Made by a program: the position numbers and the translations under genes. From positions 1 through 32,132 of IMG/VR virus record IMGVR_UViG_3300037423_000290: 32,132 nucleotides of DNA. One strand, written 5' to 3'. Position 1 is the stretch's first letter, and every line of letters begins with the position of its first letter. The notes beneath the pieces are model-generated. The model worked only from the letters and a program-made list of their open reading frames with translations, was not told where the DNA came from and did no database searches. Below, in pieces: positions 25,241 to 32,132 of the stretch. The stretch is from a virus. Its lineage: Duplodnaviria > Caudoviricetes.

Positions 25241-25443
25241 TTCCTTGCCCTCATCCAGTTAATCCGCTGCTCCATGTTTTCCGCTGCCGTGTACCTGCTG
25301 CAATCGTGCTCAAACTCGGGACTCCGAACCTTTGCCGCTGATTCGAGAGTGCAGCGGCCTATCTGCGCTTCCCGGTAGTACGCGCTCTTTACCGTGCTCG
25401 GGAAGTGCAGCGTGTAGTTCGAGCATGTGCCGCATTGGGTCAT
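25237..25443 (-). CDS. small Cys-rich protein (68 aa)
   Basis: GGAGG RBS; MTQCGTCSNY...GRC...C; ATGA-coupled on both sides. Confidence 0.7.
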   Translation of the reverse strand: MTQCGTCSNYTLHFPSTVKSAYYREAQIGRCTLESAAKVRSPEFEHDCSRYTAAENMEQRINWMRARK

Positions 25444-26135
25444 GCTGCCTCCCCGAGCAAATTCGCCTGAGCTGGAACCGGCGTCCAAAACGGGCTGCAC
25501 TGGATCGAGTCCCAAACATCAGCCATCTTCCTTGCCCCGTTCTGTGGCCTGTTGTGGTTCCTGGCTATATCTGTGCTGTCCACGCTGGCAAATGGATAAC
25601 CCCAACGGGTTGCTGCCATGCCTCGCAGCATATGCAGCCAAGTCGGAACCCTTCCAGTCATGCAAATCAGGTTCATGGCATCGCACATCCTTCTGTGCCA
25701 GTTGTCCGCCCCAACTTCTGCATATTCGGCAGAAGAGCCGATGCAGACGCGCGGCCAGTTGTCGCACAGCTTCTGAAGCCTTTCCAGTGGTTCGTGCATG
25801 TGCCAAACTGGAGCGCCCCTATGACCATGTGGCCATTGCTTGATCAGGGCGTCATTGGCGTCTGTATCGCCAGTAATCACGTCAGGAATGACCGCCCAAG
25901 AAGTCTGGTAAGCCAGCCATTCATCTGCCCAAGCGTAAAAATCAGACCAATCCTGCTTTTCCTTGCCATTCCGCCAGAAGCTGAATGCTCCGTTATCCAG
26001 CATCACTCCCTGTCCGTTCTTATGGCACCATTCCACTTGGTCGGGCCGGAAATGCGACACACAGAAAAACCGTCCCGACAACTCATGCAGAGTCGCATAG
26101 GGGGTTATCGGCGTGCCGTGGTAGTGGATCGTCAC
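25440..26135 (-). CDS. TGT/DpdA-like transglycosylase-fold protein
   Basis: Ordered TIM-barrel TGT motifs: MLDNGAFS, IPDVI, PVWH, CIGSS, LHMLRG, SVDST. Confidence 0.75.
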   Translation of the reverse strand: MTIHYHGTPITPYATLHELSGRFFCVSHFRPDQVEWCHKNGQGVMLDNGAFSFWRNGKEKQDWSDFYAWADEWLAYQTSWAVIPDVITGDTDANDALIKQWPHGHRGAPVWHMHEPLERLQKLCDNWPRVCIGSSAEYAEVGADNWHRRMCDAMNLICMTGRVPTWLHMLRGMAATRWGYPFASVDSTDIARNHNRPQNGARKMADVWDSIQCSPFWTPVPAQANLLGEAA

Positions 26136-26138
26136 TTC

Positions 26139-26384
26139 TTAGCCAAGCAAATGTGTTGCGTGGACGCCCTGATGGACTGCCGACAGCTTTACAAAGCACT
26201 TGAAGCGGTCATAAAAGGATTGAGTGATCTTTTCGCCAAAAGCCTTCTTATGCAAAGCCGCTTCCAACTTGATATGCTCGACCATGAGCATGTCGTTGCT
26301 TTTTAACTCCAGCGAATAACAGATCATTTCCCCATCATTGGGGCACTCACTGACAAATTGATATGTATAAATATTGACCATCAC
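26139..26384 (-). CDS. minimal QueF-like T-fold protein
   Basis: FVSECPNDG (cf. QueF FTSLCP.TG), MVE, FGE (cf. FHE), HQGV; 3 nt upstream of the TGT-like gene. Confidence 0.65.
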   Translation of the reverse strand: MMVNIYTYQFVSECPNDGEMICYSLELKSNDMLMVEHIKLEAALHKKAFGEKITQSFYDRFKCFVKLSAVHQGVHATHLLG

Positions 26385-26527
26385 TTCCCCTCCCGATCCA
26401 TCTTCCCGTTAAGCCATCCAAACCAGTGCGCCCGCCCCTTCGATTTCAGCGGCTCCGGCTCGCCCCTAAATCCGCTTGCGTAGCCGGCGTTGTATTCCGA
26501 CTGCGATTGGTGAGCGAGTTTGGTCAT
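26381..26527 (-). CDS. 48-aa protein with Rmf-like GY..G..G...W.GW..G pattern
   Basis: MTKLAHQSQSEYNAGYASGFRGEPEPLKSKGRAHWFGWLNGKMDREGK*; coupled at both ends; missed by the track. Confidence 0.65.
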   Translation of the reverse strand: MTKLAHQSQSEYNAGYASGFRGEPEPLKSKGRAHWFGWLNGKMDREGK

Positions 26528-26859
26528 TCGATTTCACCGTCACGGATGCCGCAGAGCTTGCGTATCTCAGGGAAGCTGATGCCTGCCCCTTCAAATATTC
26601 TGATCATGAGCGCAGCACTGACGGGCCGACCTCCGTTGCGGATCTTGCTGACAATCGGCGGATCAACGCCGAGCCACTTTGAGAGCGCCCTATCGTTTTT
26701 CAGCTTCAGATCTTCGATTAAGCGATCAAGCAGCGGATGCGGAAGAAAGGCTGGTCGGGCCGCATGGAAATTCTTGATTTCCTTCGCCACCTTGATCGCC
26801 ACTTCCGGATCGACTTGAACGCCCATCACGTTCGCTATGATTTGTTGAAACGGTGTCAT
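26524..26859 (-). CDS. Cro/C1-type HTH protein
   Basis: LLD.L...LKLKNDRALS..L.V.PP.VSKIR.G..PV.A...IRI.E. Confidence 0.8.
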   Translation of the reverse strand: MTPFQQIIANVMGVQVDPEVAIKVAKEIKNFHAARPAFLPHPLLDRLIEDLKLKNDRALSKWLGVDPPIVSKIRNGGRPVSAALMIRIFEGAGISFPEIRKLCGIRDGEIE

Positions 26860-26880
26860 TTGGTTCTCCCTTAATTACTC

Positions 26881-27396
26881 TTAATGGCGCAACGCATCGC
26901 GCTTCAGGTCGAAGTGCGATTCCATCGCAAGCAGCGCCTTGACCTCATCGCCGCCAGCATCGCCAACAGCCTTCGCAACCATCTGCATCAATCCCTGCAG
27001 GCCGCCGCCAAACTTCTTCGTGCCGAGCTTTAGCCCCGCAATCATTTCTCGGTTCTTCTGACGAATCTCGGCTTTCAACTCATCGCTCATGGCCAGCTGC
27101 GGAGCGGCCGGCCGATCAATGCGCCGCGGAACCGATGCTTTGCAGAGCGCCAGGAACTCCGGCAGCGTCGGCACATAGGTCTGATGCCGGTCTTTGCACT
27201 TTTCCACCGCAAGGCGGATTACCTCGAAATTGAAGTTTTTGAGGTCGTTCAGCCATACGGCCTGCGCGCTCAAAATCCCCATGTCCTCACCCTTATCGTT
27301 CAGTTTTCCAGTGCGGTATTTGTCCAGCAGTTGATTGCCGTACATGCCATGCAGGAGCATGAACAGGCGCTTGATTTCTGGCATTTCAATTGACAT
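26881..27396 (-). CDS. replication protein P-like (helicase loader)
   Basis: Follows O; LF..L...YG, W...L, PTLPEFLALCK; start corrected to MSIEM at 27396. Confidence 0.75.
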   Translation of the reverse strand: MSIEMPEIKRLFMLLHGMYGNQLLDKYRTGKLNDKGEDMGILSAQAVWLNDLKNFNFEVIRLAVEKCKDRHQTYVPTLPEFLALCKASVPRRIDRPAAPQLAMSDELKAEIRQKNREMIAGLKLGTKKFGGGLQGLMQMVAKAVGDAGGDEVKALLAMESHFDLKRDALRH

Positions 27397-28153
27397 CGAT
27401 GAACTCCCTTTCCGTTTCTTCTTCCGATCCAAAGATTGCGGCTGCGGCACCGCTACGATCGTTTTTGCCTTGGTAGCCACGCGTGCCGTTTGCCTGCTGC
27501 GGCTTCGGTTGCATCCAGGCGGACTCAAACCCTGCCCAACCCCGCTTGCAGCAAGTCCGTAGCGCATCCCCTAGCGTCATGCGGGCTGCCGCTACCTCTG
27601 CCACCACCTCCTCAAGAGCCGTCTTGGTCAGAGGCAGGCGCTTTTTCGCTCGAATTGCCAACCAGTCCTCAGCCACTTGGCTTTCAACTCCAAGAGCTAT
27701 CAGGTCTTCCAGTCCGAGAGCGACACGCGGCGCTTGCGCCCGCTTTTGACGGTTCCTTGATGGTTCAATTGATGGTTCCTTGATGGTTATGGGTGCGAAA
27801 TCTGCGGGGGTGGGGTGCGAAATCTGCGGGGGTGGGGGTGCAGATTTCGCGGGGGTGGGGCGCGGATTCTGCGGGGGCGCGGATTCTGCGGGGGTGCAGA
27901 ATTTGCGGGGGTCGATGCGGTAAAGTGTGCTGCGGCCGTTACGCATTTCGCGCGACACAATGCCGATGGACTCCAGGTCTGTGATGTGCTGCTGAACTGT
28001 TCGCTCGCCCATACTGCACTTTTCGGCGAGCATAGAGATCGACGGGAAGCACTCACCCATATCGTTCGCGTTGTCGCAAAGGGCGAGCAGGACCATCTTG
28101 CGGCCGGCCGGCAGCGTCGATTTCCATACCTGCGTCATTAGTGCAATGCTCAC
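27386..28153 (-). CDS. replication initiator O-like protein (N-terminal winged HTH)
   Basis: KMVLLALCDNAND.G.CFPSI..LA.KC.M.ERTV; internal iterons; C-terminal RGW.GF...W. Confidence 0.88.
   Translation of the reverse strand: MSIALMTQVWKSTLPAGRKMVLLALCDNANDMGECFPSISMLAEKCSMGERTVQQHITDLESIGIVSREMRNGRSTLYRIDPRKFCTPAESAPPQNPRPTPAKSAPPPPQISHPTPADFAPITIKEPSIEPSRNRQKRAQAPRVALGLEDLIALGVESQVAEDWLAIRAKKRLPLTKTALEEVVAEVAAARMTLGDALRTCCKRGWAGFESAWMQPKPQQANGTRGYQGKNDRSGAAAAIFGSEEETEREFIDVN
27751..27912. repeat. replication origin: six G-rich iterons plus three TTGATGGTT 12-bp-period repeats
   Basis: GG(T/C)GC(G/A)(A/G)A(A/T)T(C/T)(T/C)GCGGGGG x6 at 27792-27911; TTGATGGTT at 27757, 27769 and 27780; inside the O gene as in lambdoid phages. 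Confidence 0.8.
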
Positions 28154-28440
28154 TTAACCCTCTCGTTCGTCAGTTCCAGTAGTTCCATCTCGGATATGCC
28201 GTACATCTCTGTAAATTGATCCCTGCCCATTCCGTGGATGCCGATCACTGGATCGCGGTGATGAATCGGGCAAAGCGGAGTAACCTTCTTGTGGCTTGAT
28301 CTTCCCCAGCCATGGCGTGCGCGGACGTGGTGGACTTCAGCCGGAGTTCCTTCGTAACCGAGGAAGCGGCACAGCTCGCAGTCGAGCGTGGCGACCTTCG
28401 CCAGATGGCGCCTATCGTCCGCGCTGATCTTGCGATCCAT
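28150..28440 (-). CDS. Ref-family (RecA-dependent) HNH nuclease-like protein
   Basis: CELC...PAEVHH.R...G.G..SH....PLCP.HHR....GIH. Confidence 0.8.
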   Translation of the reverse strand: MDRKISADDRRHLAKVATLDCELCRFLGYEGTPAEVHHVRARHGWGRSSHKKVTPLCPIHHRDPVIGIHGMGRDQFTEMYGISEMELLELTNERVK

Positions 28441-28749
28441 TCAGCCGCACTCCGCCACAGGCAGGCGAACAACCTTTGCTTTAAATCCGGTGACGCCGCA
28501 TTTGCGCGAGTACTTGCGCTTCTCACCGTCGAGCTCATACTCGATCTCTTCCAGGCGGCCGTCTTTGATCAACTCATCCACTCGCCCTGTCACGCAATTA
28601 ATCATCAGCTTGGTAAGGTCCGATAGCTCGGCGCGCGTGTAGTCTTTTCCCGGATCTATCATGGAAAGGATCAAGGCTTGCGTGCGGCTTACTGCGCCCT
28701 CGGCCATCAATGCGTGATAGCGGTCGGTTGACGTTTCTGCGACTGTCAT
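28441..28749 (-). CDS. hypothetical winged-HTH protein
   Basis: TRAELS..T...IN.VTGRV.EL...G; coupled in the operon. Confidence 0.7.
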   Translation of the reverse strand: MTVAETSTDRYHALMAEGAVSRTQALILSMIDPGKDYTRAELSDLTKLMINCVTGRVDELIKDGRLEEIEYELDGEKRKYSRKCGVTGFKAKVVRLPVAECG

Positions 28750-29354
28750 GCAACCTCCTTGCGACGCAGGCGATTGATTACCGCGCCGGCCATGCCAACG
28801 GTCTTAGCCTTGGCGCCTGCGATCTTCTTGCGCAGCCATGCTTGACGGCGCTCAGCCTTGTTCAGCTTGAGATCGGCCAGCTCAAGGTTTTCAGCGGTCG
28901 GGTTCTGAATGGCTTGAGTTGCAGCCTGGAGCGCATCGCCGTGGGCCATCTGCGCTTCAAAGATGTCATTGATGTCGAGCGGGCTTTCCTCGGAGTCGTC
29001 CAGCATGTGAACACCAAGACCGATCGAAACGAGGAATTCGCTCATACAGGCTGCGCGGCGGTCGGCAGGCATGGCTACGAGAATGGAGCGGATAAAGTTA
29101 GACGGCAGGAGATTGCCTTCCTTGCTCTCGTCATCCAACCAACGGAATACGCGCTGCGCATTGACTTCGCGGATCTCGCAGATGTCTTTGGTTTGCGGCT
29201 CGAAAACGATGCCGGTAACGCCGCCAACTACTGCGTGGGCCTCAACGATGTGCTGCACAACAGTCTCGCGGCTCCAGCCTTGCGCCTTGCGCCATGCGAT
29301 TACGTGTTCGCGGATGATGCCGATCAGTGTCTTACCGTGTAATACGCTCTTCAT
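28746..29354 (-). CDS. CII/YdaT-like regulator
   Basis: Position after cro/tR1; IR..V.AW, NAQRVFRWLD, L....IL.AMP; start MKSVLHG with AAGGGGA RBS. Confidence 0.65.
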   Translation of the reverse strand: MKSVLHGKTLIGIIREHVIAWRKAQGWSRETVVQHIVEAHAVVGGVTGIVFEPQTKDICEIREVNAQRVFRWLDDESKEGNLLPSNFIRSILVAMPADRRAACMSEFLVSIGLGVHMLDDSEESPLDINDIFEAQMAHGDALQAATQAIQNPTAENLELADLKLNKAERRQAWLRKKIAGAKAKTVGMAGAVINRLRRKEVA

Positions 29355-29516
29355 GACTTGCTTCCCCTTATTGTTTATCTTTATGTCTACCAACTAAAAC
29401 AAGCTGTCCAAAACCAACAATCAGGGAGAACAACTTGCGAAATTTCAAAACTAGTTCCTGCGATTCGGGCCGATCTGCGCTTCGATTGATTTCCGTCAAT
29501 TTCCGAGATTTAGGCC

Positions 29517-29547
29517 AAAAAAAAGCGACCAGCCCAAGGCCGGCCGC
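29517..29547 (-). terminator. tR1-like terminator after cro
   Basis: Minus strand reads GCGGCCGGCC-TTG-GGCTGGTCGC followed by a T8 run. Confidence 0.8.
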
Positions 29548-29559
29548 AAATCGCGTTGC

Positions 29560-29871
29560 TTATTCTTTCTCCCGCCGATCCTTCTCGCGGCGCTCCTTCG
29601 TGCGCCGATCAGTGCCGCGCGGTTTATACTTCTTCGGTGACTGGCAGTTGTTGTCGGCCAACTCAGGCCAGATGCGTTGCCAGTCATTGGGGAACATTTC
29701 TTTTCGCGTCACCAAACCGCCGGTGGCTTTCTCAATTGCAGCGCCATATTCGACAGGGATGGGGCGAGTACCGTCAGCCCAACGGCTGAGATCGGAAGCA
29801 TGCGCATTGATGTCCTTTGCCAGCTTCGCTTGACGGCCTCGCTCTTCGGAAAAGTATTCTGATAAGTTCAT
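29560..29871 (-). CDS. cro: Cro/YdaS-like repressor
   Basis: MNL.EY....G.Q..LA......S.LS.W..G.RPIP......IE.AT.G.VTR; divergent from cI. The track's ATG at 29880 lies within the PR -10 element. Confidence 0.85.
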   Translation of the reverse strand: MNLSEYFSEERGRQAKLAKDINAHASDLSRWADGTRPIPVEYGAAIEKATGGLVTRKEMFPNDWQRIWPELADNNCQSPKKYKPRGTDRRTKERREKDRREKE

Positions 29872-29878
29872 ACCCTTC

Positions 29879-29959
29879 ATTTTAGCGTATCGCTAAACAA
29901 ATGCAAGCGAGAAATTAAGCGTGTCGCGAATTCCACTCTTTAGCGTTTTGCTATGTAAT
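29879..29959. promoter_or_regulatory. OR operators with PR and PRM
   Basis: 17-bp operators TTTAGCGTATCGCTAAA 29881-29897, TTAAGCGTGTCGCGAAT 29915-29931, TTTAGCGTTTTGCTATG 29939-29955. PR (-): TTGCAT-N16-TAAAAT. Candidate PRM (+): TTCCAC-N17-TGTAAT. Confidence 0.85.
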
Positions 29960-29965
29960 ACGCGC

Positions 29966-30667
29966 ATGTCTACAATTGATGAAATCCGCAGGGAAAACCT
30001 AGCCCTCCTGATTGCTCAGGCCGGAGGCGCGGGAAAACTCGCCGCCAAAATCGGCAAGAGTCCGTCTCAAATTAGCCAGTGGCTGAATGCGTCTTTAGAT
30101 TCAAAGACCGGCAAGCCGCGCGGCATGCGTCCGGAGAGTTGCCGCGAAATTGAGGCTGCTTTCAACAAGCCAAAAGGCTGGATGGACGTACCTCAAAAGC
30201 AGGAGGCTCTTGGAAGGGCGCAAGAAGGCTTCGTTAATGTTGGCTCCGTTACCATTGCGCCCCGCGATGTCCCGCTTATTTCATGGGTCCGAGCTGGATC
30301 GTTTTGCGAGACGCACGACCCATTCCAACCAGGCGATGCCGATGAGTGGCTAAGCTGCCCGACACCGCACGGGCCACGCACCTTTGCGTTACGGGTAAAA
30401 GGTGAGTCAATGGACGGGCCGGATCGCGGCTATGTTGATGGAGAAATCATATTTGTCGATCCTGAGAAGATCGATCCGATACCGGGCAAAGATTTCATTT
30501 TCTGCACGCCCGATCAACAGGCGACATTCAAGCGCCTGATCCAAGAGCATGACGGATGGTATTTAAAGGCAGTCAATGAGAACTGGACGCCCCGGTTTCA
30601 GAAGATGCCGGAAGGGACGCGGATCTGCGGCCGGGTGATTGGATCAATGCGTCAGATCGTCAGATAA
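29966..30667 (+). CDS. cI: CI repressor (HTH plus S24 autopeptidase)
   Basis: IRRENL..L....G....LA...GKSPSQISQW; RAG cleavage site; GESM (Ser) and FKRL (Lys); start corrected to ATG 29966. Confidence 0.93.
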   Translation: MSTIDEIRRENLALLIAQAGGAGKLAAKIGKSPSQISQWLNASLDSKTGKPRGMRPESCREIEAAFNKPKGWMDVPQKQEALGRAQEGFVNVGSVTIAPRDVPLISWVRAGSFCETHDPFQPGDADEWLSCPTPHGPRTFALRVKGESMDGPDRGYVDGEIIFVDPEKIDPIPGKDFIFCTPDQQATFKRLIQEHDGWYLKAVNENWTPRFQKMPEGTRICGRVIGSMRQIVR

Positions 30668-30826
30668 ATGCAACAGTCAATCCCCTATTTGTGGGAAATA
30701 TCCCATATTTGCGGTATTGCGGAAATATTTGGTGACAAATTCGCGGCGCATTCTTATAGGCATCAGAAATTTCCTACGGGAAACAAGCTATATTGAACTC
30801 ACTGAATATTTCGAGCAAGTCATAGG

Positions 30827-31141
30827 GTGGTCATGGGGCGCGATTTCCCGGAGAGCTTTGATGCCTCCTGTGTAACGAAAATAAACGAACTGTTTTGGAT
30901 GCTGGTTCCAAGCGATGGAAGCGGTCAGGACTGCAATTACATCGGGTTCGATCCGGCGCTTGATGCGCTTCCGGGGTGTGATGTGCTGGTGAGAATGCCG
31001 GGCGATCGCGCCCTATTCGCCAAGCTAGGCCAGGATGCCGAGGGCCTAACATTGATTTTTGCCAGAACCAGCGAAACCGTACGCATGCCGATTGATGCGG
31101 TTATCTGCGGCGTTGCTGCCTACTCTTATCGGGCGAATTAA
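30827..31141 (+). CDS. stand-alone degenerate S24-like domain, paralogue of the CI C-terminus
   Basis: Collinear with the CI C-terminal domain: FWMLV/FALRV, IGFDP/IFVDP, LPGCDV/IPGKDF, ALFAKL/ATFKRL, MP..AVICG/MP..TRICG. Confidence 0.65.
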   Translation: MVMGRDFPESFDASCVTKINELFWMLVPSDGSGQDCNYIGFDPALDALPGCDVLVRMPGDRALFAKLGQDAEGLTLIFARTSETVRMPIDAVICGVAAYSYRAN

Positions 31142-31181
31142 AGGCGATCCGGCACGCCAGTTTGCCGACAAAGGGGGAATA

Positions 31182-31787
31182 ATGAAAAGAATACTAATTA
31201 CCGTTGCGCTCGCTACCCTTGCTGGATGCGCATCTCAGCAGCGGACTGTCGCGGCGCGGCCCCAAGATCCATCCCCGCCCTGCTTCGACTCACTCGGGAA
31301 TTCACTGACACTTGCCCCTCTGGCGAAGAAAATTCCAGTTGATAGAAAGAGCCCCACCTTTACGATGCTGTCAGACGCCACACTTCCGACCGCTGAGGAG
31401 AAAGAGCTGATCTCGACTTGGGTAAATCAGCGGAATTGGTGCATGGAGCAGGGAGAGGCATTCAGGCAAGCGCGCATGGCGCCTATATTTAGAGCGATTC
31501 TGGAGCAGTTCCATTCTCAGGTAAATGCCTTAGCAGCAGATCTATACCAAGGGAAGATGACCTACGGTCAGTTCTCCCAACAGCGCTCATCAATTGACGC
31601 GCAAATGAAAGAAAAATGGGCGTCGGCCGCGCAGCAAAATTCCCGCGATCAGCAGCAGGAGTTCATGGCAATTATGTCTGCTCAGCGTCCTATTCAGCCG
31701 AATATCGTGCAGCCATATCAGATGCCAGTTCCCACCACAACGATATGCAACAGGAATGGTATGCAGGTAGTCTGCAATACCAGGTAA
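31182..31787 (+). CDS. lipoprotein in the immunity region (201 aa)
   Basis: AAGGGGGA RBS; MKRILITVALATLAG-C lipobox; start corrected from 31059. Confidence 0.85.
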   Translation: MKRILITVALATLAGCASQQRTVAARPQDPSPPCFDSLGNSLTLAPLAKKIPVDRKSPTFTMLSDATLPTAEEKELISTWVNQRNWCMEQGEAFRQARMAPIFRAILEQFHSQVNALAADLYQGKMTYGQFSQQRSSIDAQMKEKWASAAQQNSRDQQQEFMAIMSAQRPIQPNIVQPYQMPVPTTTICNRNGMQVVCNTR

Positions 31788-31808
31788 GTCAGCCCCTTAC
31801 CAGAAACC

Positions 31809-31840
31809 AAACCCTCCCGTTGCGGAGGGTTTTTTATTTT
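31809..31840 (+). terminator. intrinsic terminator closing the cI transcript
   Basis: AAACCCTCC-CGTTGC-GGAGGGTTT-TTTATTTT. Confidence 0.85.
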
Positions 31841-31942
31841 CCGCCTGACAACTCGCTTACAGATAAGTTCTAGAGCACGCACTCTAATCGCCAAAAGAAT
31901 CTCAGTTTCTCTCTATCAAATCCCTTCCGCTTAAAGTTGTAA

Positions 31943-32006
31943 TTTAGCGCATCGCTAAATTTATTTTCCATTCCCTCTTGCATTGTATTTAGCGTTACGC
32001 TAATCT
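31943..32006 (+). promoter_or_regulatory. OL operators and PL promoter
   Basis: TTTAGCGCATCGCTAAA 31943-31959 and TTTAGCGTTACGCTAAT 31988-32004, same consensus as OR; TTGCAT-N17-TAATCT at 31978-32006. Confidence 0.88.
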
Positions 32007-32132
32007 ACACACATACCGCAACACATCGCGGCAACCAATCAGCAGGGCGTAACGGCCACCGCCGCAATGGTCGGAAATGATGACGGAGGCAGCTATGTTG
32101 CAGATCTGATTGCTTAGTAACGGAGAGCAGAC

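Noticed and set aside
25332-26306. 324-aa plus-strand ORF
   Set aside because: Antisense shadow of the coupled QueF-like/TGT-like genes; no RBS or motifs.
27791-27912. CRISPR-like array
   Set aside because: Repeats are adjacent with no unique spacers, lie in-frame inside O, and no cas genes are present.
32007-32132. nut/put antitermination RNA after PL
   Set aside because: Only weak hairpins, no clear boxA/boxB, and the window ends before the first gene.

Overview
The window holds most of a temperate, short-tailed (P22-like tail machine, N4-gp56-family capsid) lambdoid phage genome. The host is probably Burkholderiales/Oxalobacteraceae, inferred from one HTH family and an sRNA motif. Order on the + strand: end of the early-left operon, xis-int, an apparently intact attP (arm repeats and IHF sites), then a small accessory region. 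A long minus-strand block follows. Read in transcription order it is cro, cII/YdaT-like, Ref, O (with iterons), P, nin-like accessory genes, rusA, Q, pR'/tR', terS, terL, portal, scaffold, capsid, tailspike, adaptor, three ejection proteins, gp10-like hub, second fibre, lysis cassette, TraR-like gene and metallophosphoesterase. The window ends with cI, two accessory genes and the PL promoter/operators; only the bulk of the PL operon seems to be missing. Best leads: (1) a minimal two-gene QueF-like T-fold plus TGT/DpdA-like module with no precursor-synthesis genes (candidate 7-deazaguanine DNA modification); (2) a stand-alone, catalytically degenerate copy of the CI S24 domain just behind cI; (3) an anti-Shine-Dalgarno double-hairpin sRNA of the Betaproteobacteria 'toxic sRNA' type in the late leader; (4) a duplicated micro-ORF/repeat that sits exactly between convergent gene pairs, with one copy split by an 11-7-11 palindrome. 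All protein calls come from motif recognition by eye; no database searches were run.
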